Assembly: GCA_030141605.1 (NCBI GenBank) | Contig: JAQGDQ010000909.1 | Coordinates: forward strand, 1 to 64,000 | Source of the DNA: Tubiluchus corallicola | Taxonomy: Eukaryota > Animalia > Priapulida | DNA length: 64,000 bases | Reading direction: 5' to 3' | Part shown: positions 13,201 to 26,645 of the stretch, piece after piece | How positions within the stretch are numbered: position 1 is the first letter of the stretch | Layout: each line of letters starts with the position of its first letter | The notes under the pieces: generated by a model | Told to the model about the DNA's origin: nothing | What the model saw: only the letters and a program-made list of their open reading frames with translations | The model's database searches: none | Made by a program: the position numbers and the translations under genes

Positions 13201-14532
13201 ACCTTCATATTGCAAGTTTTGTTCTATGCACAATGATAGTCACAAAGCACAATGAGACAAGCACACAACAGTTGTTCTCGTTAATTAAAATAATTTTGGT
13301 GCAAACAGAACACGAGATGTGAGGTAATGAGATTCACTGTACTGGCAGAGATTTCTTAGCTACCATCGCTATGGCTAGATGTTCCCTCAAGAAAGGAAAA
13401 TCCTGGGATATGACAGGATACTGTGTTGGTCTAGGTGACTCAGTGTTTGTCCGTCCATTGCACTTACTTGACCTAGATTACTTATCTGTGGTTGCAAAGT
13501 GTGCACCAAAGTTACAATCTATGGTGGCAGAGCTGTCATGCAATAAACAAAAGCAATTCTTTTCGCTAACATTACTTACCCCGTCTACTTACCTAGTGAT
13601 ACTTTGGTTACTACTACATACCTGTAAGAGACAGGATCACATCTTCTGGCATCGTCTGACTATGCATGACAGGCATGTCCATGCGCTGTAGTCCAGTTTC
13701 CGATATTACAATATTAGTAATCCTGTGATTATAGGATAAGTCCAAGTTTAGAGTAGTCAGCTTTTTGCAACCGATTATGTGAATACTTCTAACATATTCC
13801 ATACTGCTAAATGCTTTTGAGTTGATATAAGTTAGGTTGTCATTGTTTATTAACCATAAGGAAGATGTAACATTGGCATGTAGAAACGAGGCTCTCAGGC
13901 GTTCCATACTTAACTGGTGTATCTGTAGCACACTAAGTGACTTTTTTTCTAAGAACGGTCTCGGAAAGTGGATTTCTACATAATTCCACAACTCAAAATG
14001 TTCCACATAAGCGGGCAAACCAGCACTTACCATCTGTACATTGTATAAATAAAGCCAGGAAAATTTACCACACACTATCCTGCATGGATTTCTGTTGACA
14101 ATTACACAGATGATTGGTGGTATTTCATCACCACACAAATTTGGCAATTGTGGAGCAGGTGTTGATGGTGGATACATTGTTGTAGGTCCTGTTGGAATGC
14201 CATAACACAGGTAGTCAAAATCTTCCAGCCTCATGCGAGATGTTGATGGTTCTTTACATTGTATAATGGAACGTTTCCAGTTCAGTTCCTTTGTCCATCG
14301 CATGGAGCAATTACATATCAGTTTATTATCTAAAAACACAAATGAATGTTTCAGTTACAAGGTAGATCTTTAGGCTTATATTTAAAATTAAAATAAAGAC
14401 TGATTTTAAGTAAAGAGCATTGTTATTGTTATTGTGTTACCAGCCTTCCTTCTTGTCTTCATTGTCGCCATCCTCCTCCTCGTCATCTTCATCGTCATTA
14501 TCGTGCATCATCATCATCATCATCATCATCAA

Positions 14533-14573
<41 letters not shown>

Positions 14574-15558
14574 CAATCGCTATTGTTATTTTTAAAATCG
14601 TTATCATTATCATTATCATAATTGTCATTCTCAGTACCACTTTTGTGGTTGATGGTGAACAAAGTGTCTAGTAAACATGCCATCTGTCATGTCAGCATGA
14701 AGCATCTTGTTTAGATTCCGCCTACGTTCTAACTTTTCCACATTTCGCTTTTTACAAATTCAGTTTCCAGTTTTACTAATTGTGGGTTTTTAACATCATT
14801 ATTAATAATCTCGACATTAAGATTAAAAGTAACTGACCTAAAATGCATACTAATAGTGCGCCTTTTGGTCAGTAGTGTGCTTTTTCTTAAGAAATAATTA
14901 ATAGTCTAATTGAGTGTTAGAGAAACTTACCCAAGAAATACAGAGATGCTTTCCCAGGTGACATGCTTGGATGAAAACTTGGTTTTGCTAAAAAATCTGT
15001 AGCCGTTTTCGCTATAGTTAGCATCAAAAGCTTGGGATTTTCAGAAAAGTCCAGACTTTGTATATCCAAATAACTTGAGTAGGTAATATGCAAAGTTGAG
15101 AGATTCGCCAACTTGGCAAAAGCTCTAGGATGCAAGGATTTCAATTCGTAATTAAAGTGTATGTACAAAGTTCTAACATCTCCAAGGAAAGCATTTTCTC
15201 CAATTGTTTCAAGTTTAGGAGAAAATTGAAACAGCAGTTCAGTCACTTGTTTTCCTTCAAGAAATCGTACAGGTAGCTCAGAGTTCTGATAGGTACATAT
15301 TAGCAGCTCATATACATCATTTGGCTCCTGCTGCATTATATAGTGGAGCACTGCAGCACTCAGTGATACATTTTCTCCACACCAAACGTGGCATTGTATA
15401 CCACTTGGTGTGTAAATAGTCACATGTGTTTCGAAAGAACAGTTACTGTTGCATTTCACTTTCCATTGAGGGCCACATGGAAGCTTTTTGATTTTGGAGT
15501 TTGAGTAAGCAGTTGGAACCACTATGCAAAGTGATATCATTACAAGATAGCTGAGCAT
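10217..15558 (-). pseudogene. 5-exon four-module LRR gene, copy A, disabled in exons 3 and 4
   Basis: Exons 15558-14931, 14329-13622, 12881-12216, 12114-11343, 10554-10217, all GT-AG phase 1. TAT>TAA nonsense at 12643-12645. Exon 4 is 772 bp versus 777 in paralogues (5-bp deletion near 11525, frameshift). Confidence 0.85.
14455..14625. repeat. Degenerate (CAT)n/(CAG)n trinucleotide tract in intron 1 of copy A; related tracts at 23860-24010 and 31950-32130 and mirrors
   Basis: Direct inspection; source of the low-complexity poly-M/D/I ORFs. Confidence 0.85.
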
Positions 15559-15909
15559 GCCACACAAGAAGTCATTAAATTACAGTAAATAAAAATCATT
15601 CTCAATTAACTATGTAGGCAAATCGTTTTCAATGCGCTAAATTAGAGATCTACCTTGAGCTGGTTTCAAAATAAATTTTTGTCGAATTTTATTCAAGAAC
15701 AATAGAAGAAAAAGAGGCATGAATTCATTGTTACAGAGACAATGACATCATCCATTGGTTGGAATAAACTACAGAGCCAGGAAAGTTACAGAGTTTGTTA
15801 TATTTATGCTTATGTTGTTCATAAACAATGAAGTTTGATGAGTCCAAGCAGTTGGCTAATTCTTTGGCAAAAATGAACTACTAATACCTCGAACAAAAAT
15901 TTGGAGTGA

Positions 15910-16490
15910 TACATTATATGACAGAAGCATAGAAACGACACCATTCCTTATACATCATATGACAGAAGCATAGAAACAACACCATTCCTCACACATCATA
16001 TGACAGAAGCATAGAAACATCACAATTCCGTATACATCATATGACAGAAGCATAGAAACATCACCATTCCGTATACATCATATGACAGAAGCATAGAAAC
16101 AACACCATTCCTCACACATCATATGACAGAAGCATAGAAACAACACCATTCCTCGCACATCATATGACAGAAGCATAGAAACGACACCATTCCTCACAAA
16201 TCATATGACAGAAGCATAGAAACATCACCATTCCGTATACATCATATGACAGAAGCATAGAAACAACACCATTCCGTATACATCATATGACAGAAGCATA
16301 GAAACGACACCATTCCTTATACATCATATGACAGAAGCATAGAAACAAAACCATTCCGTATACATCATATGACAGAAGCATAGAAACGACACCATTCCTC
16401 ACACATCATATGACAGAAGCATAGAAACGACACCATTCCTCACACATTATATGACAGAAGCATAGAAACGACACCATTCCTCATACATCA
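15910..16490. repeat. 41-bp minisatellite (ACATCATATGACAGAAGCATAGAAACRACACCATTCCTCAC-like), about 14 units
   Basis: gacagaagca recurs at 15961, 16002 and onward with period 41; no spacers. Confidence 0.96.
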
Positions 16491-18490
16491 GTGTTAAAGA
16501 AATGGAATACAAACAGAATATATATTCAAATTGCAAAGCAATGGTCAGAATAACAATTCGTTTGCAATATTCATTCAAAATTGAAGACAATGATTAGAAT
16601 ATTAAGACGTATAAAACACTGTCATTATTCATTGCCGAACAAAGAAAAATGTCCGAAAGGGTACAAATGTGTAGAGGACAAGTTTCAGCCCAAAACAATG
16701 CCCTCCCAAATGTAATAGAAGAATCTTTATTTTATAAATTAATGAGATCAGTTTGTCAAGAGAGTCATATTGTTGTTACTGCAGGACATTTTAAACTAAT
16801 TTTGAATAGCACATCATGTGCAATTTTATACAAAAATCTGAAGGAAGGTTTTATAGGATTTCTAAATCATAAATCAAAAATATTCTAAAACGTTTGTAAA
16901 GTTCATGTTTGATTAATTGGGCAACAATTTATGTTAATTTTTTTTCAAGACTTTTCGTACTTTTTGATACGGTCACTTTAGTTAACCTGACATAAATTCT
17001 TCGTTATTACTAATTACGTCATAGCAGTCTTAATAGCATTATTATTTATATGTATCGAGTATCATTCTAGCTGTGCATACAGTTGTCATGCCTAATAAAA
17101 TCTAATCAGTTATACATAAATTAAACGTTTATATGACAGCATTTCTTTCCCTAGAAGGAATCGATCAATAGAGCAAAACAGTCACTAACAAATTCTCTGA
17201 TAAATTTCATTTTTTGCTGTCCTCCCAGCTTACATGTTTTCTTAACAAAAAATCGTGACGAGAAAAATTTCTGCTCGCCTTCACTACAAGGTATTTGTTA
17301 AGGTCAGGTTCTGGCCTTAACATGTAGGTGGCAGCACCTATGTGAATTTACTTGTAATTTTACCTGTGAAGTTGTAAATTAGGTTGTGCCTCGCTAAACA
17401 CGCTTACAGAAGCCTCAGTAAATGTTAAATAATGTTTAGATAAATTTTCAAGTAATTATTTGTAGCGTCTCTACCTGATTTGCAGCAAATCAGTATGACG
17501 TTCCAAGGATGTATTAGGTTGTTATAACCGCACGATGTGAGTAATATTTACTTTTATTATCTTAAATTATAATAATTAGATCATTATAAGTTTGTAAGCA
17601 GTGAAAGCAGTCAAATTTATTATTTTCAGTTTTTTAAATTTTTCAGAAATAAAGATTTCTGAGTAAACCATATGCTATGAAGGAAATTCTTTTGTGTTCC
17701 CATCACAGTATCACCATCCAGTTTGGTTACTTACAATTGCTCCAGTAAGTTACAGTCCTTCCAGGTCTCCAGCTACTAACACCTTTTTTCCAATAAAAAA
17801 ATTCTGATAAGTACAGTTCGTCCTTGCTATCGACACATGGTTAACGAGGATGGTTTTAGAGAGCTTCGGTCTTCATTGCTCTCCCACTCTTAACATATTT
17901 TCATTAAAATATTCTTTCATAAAGAAGTGGAACCAAACTTGTCATTGATTAGTTCTACTCCAACGAAGATTAATTTCTGCTGGAAAAAGAAACGCTAAAA
18001 ATGAACAAATGACCTGAACTCCATTTTGTTCTTTTGCTTTTACACAAAATTTGTTAAATTTGGATAAAATGCCAAAATGAAAATCAGAGAACAAAGTCTA
18101 CGCTGCATATTTGTCAGAATTTGTCACATGTTTATTATGGATATACACGTCAAGGTTTGATGTTGTGTCTGTGGTTTAAATTGTTGAGTTTGACTTGTGT
18201 CATTGTGTTCTTGATAAGGTTTTTTGTAGCACCATACGTGTGTGTAATTGTATCTTTATAATCAATGTGTGCCCTGTGTAATTTGTAATTGTGAATCCCA
18301 ATAAATATATAAACATAATATATAAATATAATATATAAATATAATATATAAACATAAATATACATTTAATATCCTTGTTATCTAACATATCGAGAAGTAA
18401 GTTGACAAAATGCCTTACAGCACACAGTTTAATCAAAGTGAGTTAAAGTGAAAGGTAGAGTAGAAGCATTCACAAATTTTGGCCAAATAC

Positions 18491-21400
18491 CTATAAGGCT
18501 ACACGTTTGATGAATAAAAAGAAATAAACACATTGTATTTTTGAAGCTTGACTAGCAGTAGAATGTACAATGAGATGTCGATTTGCAGGATTCTCGGAAT
18601 CACAAAACAAAGAGAGTGGCATTTCACCTTTGTCGTGCTGAAAACTTGGTACTTTACAATCAAATACTGAAGCAACCCAATATTCTGACTTCAACCATTT
18701 CATGCTACAGTTGCAATATAACGGACTATCTGAAAAAAACGCGAAATTAAAAGCCAAGTAACCAGAGAATGTGCACAATGCTTAATTTGAAAGATTTCAG
18801 CATTAGCGTGTGACTTTTTAGCATCTTCTACATCAGCTTAGACAACCAACTTGAGCCTTAATTATTGTGGTTTTCAGTTCAGACCTCTATAAGCCACTCA
18901 GTGTCAAGGCACACTTAACGTGCATGGTTAACAATGTGCTTCCGTAGGCTTCCGAAAAACCCATCTAACTACTTAAGAGGCACTAGTTCATGGCAGCAGC
19001 ACTACTGCACCAAAAACCAGGCGCTGATAGTTATTACAAGCAAATACACCCTCCTTAGAGGAACACAAAAGTTGTATTCAATTATACTGAGTTAAATTAA
19101 ACGAACATTTATTTACATAGTGCTTTAGTGATTGATTTCTTTCAACATTTTTAACAGTCAGATTGTAACAATTTTTATTGTATATTTTTCTCTTTTCCTT
19201 GCTTAGCAAAATCTTGTATCCAGTAGATTTTTTTGCTACTTGTCCAAAATAAAATTTCGAAAACCAAACTTACCTTTTAAAAATAATAATATATCTCTAG
19301 CATTTCTCCGTTTGTGAAGCATCGGTTTTTGCATGTGTTGAATGTTTGTCTGTGTAAAGATGATTGATGCAATCTTGTCATTGTTGGAGAGGTCCAGATC
19401 TGCACTTACTAGCTGTTTACAATCGATGATGATTATCTGTTTTATGGATTTCAATTTGTAAAAGGCTTTTGGATGAATTGTTTTCAACTTGTCATTGTGA
19501 GACAACGTGACACTTGACATGAAGTAACCATATATATCATTCTCTCCTATGTCTTCTATATCAGACTGCATGATAGTCAACTCAGCCACATCCTTTCTAT
19601 CAAGAAATTGTGCAGGTAGCTGCTTCGACTTGTAATTCAAAATTTTCAATGTCTGCACCCAGCATGACAATGCCTTCCAAATCAAAATTAGTTTTTCCTC
19701 GAACAACTGTGCATCGAGCTCTCCGCATACAACATTGCACTCACCAAGTCGAGACCACGCCTTTGAGTCCCAAGACCTGCATTCTGCCATGGGAACATCG
19801 CATGGATAAAATGAGATACTTGTTGGCGTTCCTGGAGATGGTATCAGTGTGCTTGTTGTTGCATCACATTCTGCAATGTCTTCATTAGAGAGCCACCTTG
19901 TTATGCATGCCTCTTTGCAATAAAGCCACCCCCCAACAGGTGGAACAATCCTGCAGTCGTATTTGTAGCAATATGAGCATTTAACAGTAGACTCTTTCCA
20001 GTTTCTACCTCGTGCCCAGAAGAGAGTGCATCCACATGGAATAGAATTGCCTGAAAAACATGGTAGCGATTTTAAAAGCCTGCTGGGAAAGAATAAAATT
20101 CTTCAGATTATTCAGATTATTAGGATTATTCAATAATTTATCTGCCTTTTTCTGACAAAACAGCGTTGACTTTTAGAGAGCTAACTTTCCCTAAACAAGT
20201 ACTAACAGCCATTCCTTATATAAACATATTTTATTTTCACAAAAGCCTGATGAACAGTTCTTAAGAATGAGGAGGCCTTATATAAAGTTGAGACATTTTG
20301 CAATCAGATACCAATATTTTAAAACAGTGAGTCAACTGCAGCATAGCTATTCAAACTTTTACTAATGTTTACTGAATCGTTTAGTTGCTTTTATAAATTC
20401 ATGTACTATTTGAAAAGTAGTTTTATTCTAGTCAGGATTAATAAGTAAATTTCTATGTCATAGTGCATCAGTTTTAGGTTTTGCTTTAATTCGTTAATAA
20501 ATTCATGTACTATTTGAAAAGTACATGAATTTGTGTATTTGTAGTAATGCAAAGTAATGCATTTGAAGCAAAAGTAATGCTTTTGAATTGTTGCCATCCT
20601 GGCAACCATGTTTGTAGAGATCGTAGTTCAAGTTGGAAATTTTTTCACTTACCTGCTAATTCTAGCGAAATAAACTGGGATGGAAAATCTCAACCTCAAA
20701 CGCATGTGATGAATGTTATATGGTAGGGTACAAAGAGAATAAGACTTTGTTTGGTGTCTTGAAAAAATTGAGATGTTTCTTAGCTGTGTGGAAAAAAGCA
20801 CTGATGGTAGGAGTTGTTCTTAGATAAGAGGATAAATTGTTCCAGTCGAATGCGGTTGCAGGAAAGAAAGACGACCGGAAGTCATTGCAGCAAACTTGAT
20901 ATAAAGATAAATTGTCATGGTTTCTCAACAAATATGCAGATATATCTCTAATAATTGGGGTCAGTAACTCAAGAAAGAAGGAGAAATGTGATTTACAATT
21001 TTATGAATTGTGCTTAATTGAGGAAATATATTAACATGAGTGGGTATTGTCACTTTTGCAAACAATGTCAAATGTTGACATGACTATATTTAATCTGTTC
21101 CTTTTTTTTCTTATTAAATTTTTGTGGATTGGTGTTGCATTATGGTGGGCACTTCGTCGAAACATCAACGTAGGGCCTCTTGAGCCATGAAGGATTTGTG
21201 AATTTATGAGCTCTCTTAACCCTCGTGCTTAATTATGCTTTCATGTACGTAGTCGCAAAGCTAAAAATGTCTATTGATATTATTTTTATCACAACAATTT
21301 TTTTCTGTAAATTTAAAATCCAATGTTGCTTAATAAACATGACTGAAATTACTTCATTCTGCAACTCAATTTTTACTCAAGTTTTGACTGCTTCATCCCA

Positions 21401-24400
21401 AAATTGATCTTGTTTTATCTGTTTGGACTCCCGTTATCGTAAACGCTTCTTACACCAGCTAGCTCTCTTCAAAATCTTTCACTTACCTGCTAATTCTAGG
21501 GAAATTAACTGGGATGGCCTCGACGGGTGCAGCTTTGGCATATCCAGGTGTTCCAGTCCTGTTTTTCTTATGTCAATCATACTTATCATTAAATTGTTTG
21601 ATAAATCTAGATTTGCTGTTTTTAGATTTGGACAAGTGTAGATTATGATTCGTTTGACGGTATTTATTCGTTCAAATGCCTTGGGAAAAATTTTTGTTAA
21701 CTTTCGGAGACGTTTCAACTTTATTGCTTCATTAAGGGTGCCATAAATTGATGCATCGTTAAGTAGTTCAATTTCGGAATCCACAATTTCAAGTTCATCA
21801 ACGTTCTTTGAATTCAAGAAATTTCTAGGCAGTTCCTTGCCTTGGTAGTTAGCAATAATTAAGTGTCGTGTCCAGTAAGGCAGTGAACTTAATATCAGTG
21901 TCAGATCAGCTGCATAGATTTTTCTATTATAACCACAAGTAACCAAACAACCTCCCCGTTCATCAAGGAATGCCTCGATAATACAATGGGGAAGTTCGAC
22001 TCCACAGTCTGCCTTCATGCATCCAATAAATTCTCCAATTTGTATTTCGTTTATCGTATGCTTTCTCGGTGGTGTCTCACAGTCAATTTGTGAATCTCTC
22101 CAGTTTCTGGATTTTGTCCACTCCATGCTGCAATTACAGTACAGTCGATTGTCTGAAAGTATAAAAACATGGATTGCAACATTGTAGTGTGGGTACAGTG
22201 CGTATTGTACAACAATTGTATAAATTTTGCGGCAAGGTATATGACCTCAGCCAAGGGTGATGTACTGCATGTTACCTCTTCACTAAAATGCAAACTTCAA
22301 CTCTTGAATTCTGTCAGCTTAAGCACATCCTTCTGACTGGTCAATTCTAACAATTGTCACTTCTGATTGGTTGGGTCAGCACTTTGCCAACCACACTTAA
22401 TCGAGGAGGTTAAAAAAGCCCCTATGATCTGCTGTACTTTGACACGTTGAGTGAACAGCCATAATTTTGAAATGGTCTACTGCAAAGCCTGTAGTCTGTA
22501 CAGTCCATGAAATGACATAAAAATGTACCGTTACATTAATTCAGCATGGTAAAGCCTAAAGCATTTTCTTTTTTTTATTGGCACTTCTTTCGAGCTGCTT
22601 TTGCATAGAATTCTGTTTAGTATAATGTACACAAATATTGTTCAACAATGTTATTCATTCAATAATTTTATACTAGATAATGATACAGCAGTTATAGACT
22701 GCCTGGTCACCCATTCTCCATTCCTTGTCCAGGGGGAGGAATCACTGGAGAGCAGGAATGGGGTGATGTGCAGTAGCAACTGTAGAAAAACATCTTTGCT
22801 GTGACAACAGTTATAATTTACTATAAAGGAAAAATAAGTAAACACTAGTGTGTATTTCAATTTTGGTGAAACGACATTTTATTCCAGATAAAAAAGAACT
22901 CTTTGTTTACTGGGAATTCAAATATAATGCAATAAGAGTAAATTCTTTGTACTAACTTTACTAACCTAGTCTGCTTGCCTAGTAACACTTTGCCCTGTAA
23001 TACTTACTCGTAAGAGATAGGATAACATCTTCTGGCATCGTCTGACTATGCATGACAGGCATATCCATGCGCTGTAGTCCAGTTTCCGATATTACAATAT
23101 TAGTAATCCTGTGATTATAGGATAAGTCCAAGTTTAGAGTAGTCAGCTTTTTGCAACCGATTATGTGAATACTTTTAACATATGCCATACTGCTAAATGC
23201 TTTTGAGTTGATATAAGTTAGGTTGTCATTGTTTATTAACCATATAGAAGATGTAACATTGGCATGTAGAAACGAGGCTCTCAGGCGTTCCATACTTAAC
23301 TGGTGTATCTGTAGCACACTAAGTGACTTTTTTTCAAAGAACGGTCTCGGAAAGTGGATTTCTACGTAATTCCACAACTCAAAATGTTCCACATAAGCGG
23401 GCAAACCAGCACTTATCATCTGCAAATTGTATAAATAAAGCCAGGAAAATTTACCACACACTATCCTGCATGGATTTCTGTTGACAATTACACAGATGAT
23501 TGGTGGTATTTCATCACCACACAAATTTGGCAATTGTGGAGCAGGTGTTGGCGGTGGATACTTTGTGGTAGGTCCTGTTGGAATGCCATAACACAGGTAG
23601 TCAAAATCTTCCAGCCTCATGTGAGATGTTGATGGTTCTTTACATTGTATAGTGGAACGTTTCCAGTTCAGTTCCTTTGTCCATCGCATGGTGCAATTAC
23701 ATATGAGTTGATTTTCTAAAATGACAAATATAATAATCACAGTGAGGATATTTCAGCTTGTGTTCGTTATTATTGTTAAAATTGGCTTTGGAATAAAGAT
23801 TATTATAGTCTTTACTTTATTATAATTTTTTTTGTGTCCACCATCGTCACCGTCACAAAGACATCATCATCAACATCAACGTAACCATCATCATCATTAA
23901 CATCATCATCAACATCAACGTGTTTATTATCGTCATCAACATCAACGTGTTTATTATCGTCATCATCTTCGTTGTTGTTTTCGTTATTATTACCATCATT
24001 TTCATTGTCATCTGTATGACCACTGGTGAACAAGGTTTCAGCAAACGTGGCTTCTGTCTTGTGTGCAGGAGATACCTGGTTCAAATTCGCCTTGAGCCCG
24101 AATTTTCCACAGTAACCTTTTTTCGAGTTCTGCTTCAAATTTTACTAATCGCGGTTTATACCACATTATTAATAATCTTGACATTACAATTATAATGAAT
24201 TAAACAAAAAGGCATATGAAATTCTGAATTTGTGGTGGTGCACCCTTTCGTTCAGAAGTACTTTCTTTTCTTAAACATTAGTTAATATTAGCAACGCAGT
24301 TGTAACGTAACATACCTAAAAATTGCAGGGTTAACTTCCCAGGTGACATATTTGGATGGAAGCGTGGTATTGCTAAAAGATCCGTGGCCGTTTTGGCTAT

Positions 24401-24943
24401 TGTTAGCCATGAAAGTTTAGGATTTCCTGAAAAATCCAGACTTTGTATATCCAAATATCTGGAGTACGTAATAATTAATCTTGTGAGATTCTCCATTTTG
24501 GCAAAAGCTCTGGGATGCAGAGTTCTCAGTTTATTGTTAAAGTGTATATACAATGTTCTGACATCTCCATGGAAAGCATTTTCATCAATGGTTTCGAGTT
24601 TTGGTGAATATTGAAATTGCAGCTTGGACACACGTTTTCCATGAAGAAATCGAGCAGGCAGCTTACTGCTCTGATAGGCACATATTGTTAATCTGTATAA
24701 GTCATTTTGCTGCTGTTGGAGTACGTAATTGAGCACTGCTGCATTCAGTGATACGTTTTCACCACACCAAACCTGGCAAAGCTTACCACTTGTGCTGTTG
24801 CTAGTCACGTGCGTTTCAAATGAACAGTTACTGTGGCATTTTATTTTCCACTGAGGTCCACAAGGAAGCTTTCTGATTTTGGAGTCTGTGTACACAGTTG
24901 GGACCACTATGCAAAATGATATCATTGCAAGATAGCTGAGCAT
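18491..24943 (-). CDS. 5-exon four-module LRR protein, copy B (about 1005 aa; signal peptide; hydrophobic C-tail, possible GPI anchor)
   Basis: Exons 24943-24316, 23715-23008, 22152-21487, 20050-19274, 18729-18491 (628+708+666+777+239 nt). GT-AG, all phase 1, joins in frame; ends QCVYFFLFIKRVAL*. Confidence 0.87.
20716..21010 (-). mobile_element. Non-LTR retrotransposon (LINE) ORF2 C-terminal fragment in intron 3 of copy B
   Basis: Translates IHKIVNHISPSFL...FRSSFFPATAFDWNNLSSYLR, resembling the FFPxTxxxWNxLP tail of CR1/L2-like RT ORFs; absent from the same intron in copy C. Confidence 0.65.
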
Positions 24944-26645
24944 GTCACACAAAATGTCATTAATGTGCAATAAATAAAAACCATATACAATTGACAATGT
25001 AGGCAAATCGTTTTCAATACGCTGAATTTGAGATCTACATTGAGCTGGTTTCAAAGTAAATTTTTGTCGAATTTTATTCGAACACAACAGAAAAAGAAGC
25101 AGCAAAATTCATTGTTTCGGAGACAATGGAAAAATCCTTCTGTTGGAATAAGTAGCCGACCTTGAATGATTTCTTAGTAATTGATAATTACGCACAAGTT
25201 GTTTTCTTAAACAATGCAGTTTTAGTGAATCCACATTGTTTACAATTCCTTAGCACTAACTAATAATACCAAGAAAAAATTGGAACAACATAATCCCAGA
25301 GTCATAAAAATAACATCATTCGTCACACATGGGCGTATGAGGAAAGAACAAACTAATAGAATATACATTCAACATTGCAAACAATGAAAACTTTTGCAAC
25401 CATTGTCACTCCTCATCGCAAACTAGAACAAAGAAAAATATCGACATGGTTATATTGAGTAGAGGACAAGATACAGCTCAAAACGTTGCCTTAATAAAAA
25501 AAAATGAAGAACCAATGGCAGGTTTTTTTGCTTACTTATTTAATTAATTTGATCAATTTGTCAAGAGAGCCATATTGTTTTACGGCAGCATATTTTCATC
25601 TAATTTTGATTAGTACACCATGTGATGTTTCGTGCAGCCTAACAGAATATTTTACACCACATTTTATATATCTAATGAAAAATGAAACAAAAATATTGCT
25701 ATTGTTCAACTTTGGCTAACTTCACAACAATTTTTTATAAAATTTGAAAGTACTTTTTAAGAATGTAACAATGGTGCCGATAACGCATAAAACTCCAAAA
25801 TTGAAAATAAAAAGCGATTTGCCAAGAATCTATATCGCGTTGATAAGAACGGAACAGGTGCTGAGATATTAAAAACACATTAAGAACACAACGGTTCACC
25901 GACTGAAACCACAAGGCCATTCTATACCAGCTATTTGTAGTTGCTAAGCATTATTATGTGCAATTACCTCGTAATGGATCGAACCAACACAATGTGGGGG
26001 TGGGGTGAAAATAAATGACATTTCGACATCATATGATCAATTTTGTAAAGTGATAGCAATTCTTAGTTATTACTATTTAATGTATAGCAAGCTTTCAAAT
26101 CGCCATTTTTGTATGTATGAAGTATCATACCAATGATGTGTTGTCTTTTTGTCAAATAAAGTCAAATCTTCAAATCATTTGCACGAAAATTAACCATTTA
26201 CATCCCAGCATTGCTTTCTCTAGTGGATGTTGGTTTACATTGCAAAAACAATTTGGTTAATGACAATATCTCCAATAAGTTTCCGACCGTCCTGCCCTCC
26301 TCACCAACATAATTTCTCATTAAAAAATCCTGACAAGAACAAATTCCACCTCCTTGTTGAAATGGTTACTAAGGATGATTCCTGATCACGTAGATCCTTC
26401 CTAAGATAATTTTTTTTCAATAAAAAACATATTATAGCGAGCTGAAATGTTAAAGCTATAATCAAACTTGTTATTGAGTATTGTTACCATATGGGGATCA
26501 ACTTCTGCTAGAGAGAAAAATATTTCAGAAAGTGAACAATGAAATTATATACAAACAACTACGCTCTATTTGACCTTACGTTTTTATCACGAAGCCATAA
26601 AACTAAAAGCAAAACTAGAAGCATCCACAAACGCTGTCCATGTTC

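Noticed and set aside
15910-16490. CRISPR-like regular array
   Set aside because: Units are head-to-tail with no unique spacers, the context is eukaryotic and no cas genes are present.
24944-25105. N-terminal extensions of exon-1 ORFs in the ORF track (also 33047-33076, 15559-15567 and mirrors)
   Set aside because: They start at non-ATG codons; the ATG conserved in all copies gives an identical 628-nt exon 1 with a signal peptide.
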